Source: Chiloscyllium plagiosum
Lineage: Eukaryota
Length of the DNA stretch: 64,000 bases
Direction: 5' to 3'
NCBI RefSeq assembly: GCF_004010195.1
Contig: NC_057718.1
Coordinates: 37,809,592-37,873,591, forward strand
Shown: in pieces, positions 62,881 through 64,000 of the stretch
Position numbering within the stretch: the stretch's first letter is position 1
How the letters are laid out: every line of letters starts with the position of its first letter
Translations under genes and position numbers: made by a program
The notes under the pieces: model-generated
What the model saw: only the letters and a program-made list of their open reading frames with translations
What the model was told of the DNA's origin: nothing
Database searches by the model: none

Positions 62881-63717
62881 AAATCATAGATGGGGTAAGT
62901 AGACAAGGTCTTTTCCCTGGGTTGGGGGAGTCCGAAACTAGAGGGAAAGGTTTAGGGTGAGAGGGGAAGGATTTAAAAGGGACCTAAGGAAAAACGTTTT
63001 TACGCAAAGGGTAGTGATTGTAAGATCAACTGTGTCACAGGCTCCAGAAGGCTCGAGGTGTGTGTGCCACTACCACTGATGTCTTTGATAAAGGTTAATT
63101 GTGCTGTGACATGTGTACAAGCCAGAATGAAGTTCAAATGTGAGTGTGAAATTAAGAACATTTGGAACATGACATGTTCAAGGAACTGACAGTCAATTCA
63201 TACCTCTTCCATAAGTTCATTGTCAAACCTGCCACTTGCAGAATCAAATTTGTATCCCCACTTGCTCAAGTGTTAACCTATATCTTTTATAAATGACAAT
63301 TTATGTTTGTACTTTTTACGTCACTTTTGAAAACACTAGGTTCAAAATAATAAACTCCTACCTCTAATGTGTGATCAGTGATTTTGAAAAAATATTCTTT
63401 AATGCCAGAATTGCATATTCAAATCCATTAATTCTGAAAATGGGCCCATTTGGCAAAATGTACTGTGTTCTCCAGTCTTATTTAGATTCTTAGCATTAAC
63501 CATAATTCCTTCAAGTGAAGGATGTCACAATTTTACTTGAAAGATGACCATCTTTACAGCACAAGCTACCAACGTGGAATCAAAGGCCAGTTGTTTCAAG
63601 CTCCAGATTTTGCATTAACACAAATGTAGTGAAATCAATTTTTGTATATGCTGCAAAACCGGGAATTTTTTTTTACAGGATCGATGACCTATTCCATAAG
63701 ATGCTAAGTAGCCTTAC

Positions 63718-63813
63718 TAATGTCCACATCTCTGGGACACGTAGAAGCTTTGAAAAAAGCTAAACTGTTTTTGTCTTAGCTTGTAATGCAGGTTAATAAC
63801 ATTTTTTGAAGCC
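63718..63813 (-). other. BICRAL: Candidate BICRAL 5'UTR exon (96 nt; 5' boundary uncertain, may extend to ~63874)
   Basis: Non-repetitive island, tttcaag|GGCTTC...GGACATTA|gtaagg. The coding exon at 46099 has an acceptor, so an upstream exon is required. No transcript evidence available. Confidence 0.55.
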
Positions 63814-64000
63814 CTTGAAATTTCCAGTGTCGGTCCTTGAGCAATATTAAAACTACAATCTTTAAAGGGCCACACTGCATTCAGTTAACAGAACGTTTAC
63901 AAATGCCGTTCAACGAAAGCACGCAAACATTTACATTTTTATTACGTCAACACTTGTACAGTACATATCATAATCAAAAATTAAATGTTAGAAAAATATT

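Overview
Eukaryotic genomic DNA, very likely from a cartilaginous fish (inferred from HE1/V-SINE-type SINEs and their CR1 partner LINEs), with a 500-N scaffold gap at 4046-4545. The only host gene is a minus-strand BICRAL (GLTSCR1L, ncBAF/GBAF subunit) orthologue. Eight coding exons with canonical GT-AG sites and consistent phases can be read directly: 46094-46054, 35121-35073, 26663-26592, 21824-19836, 14241-14034, 11854-11733, 10594-10533 and 9188-9040 (2692 nt, 897 codons + 1 nt). The 3' exons lie outside the window or were not found, and there is a candidate 96-nt 5'UTR exon at 63718-63813. The introns are packed with decayed and nested CR1 LINEs, tRNA-derived SINEs, RTE, Tx1, Gypsy and Harbinger relics, Tigger-like MITEs and two families of Penelope-like elements (PLEs). 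The most striking structure is a set of PLE-derived fold-back insertions. Each has two inverted terminal-repeat arms, one with a 33-42 nt extra tail, and 13-16 bp target-site duplications; the arms carry minimal hammerhead-ribozyme cores. One is a perfect spacerless 198-bp palindrome (44601-44798). Also seen: a perfect 130-bp templated inverted copy inside an old LINE, a ~475-bp inverted duplication, a candidate 9-nt in-frame microexon and uORFs in the putative BICRAL leader.
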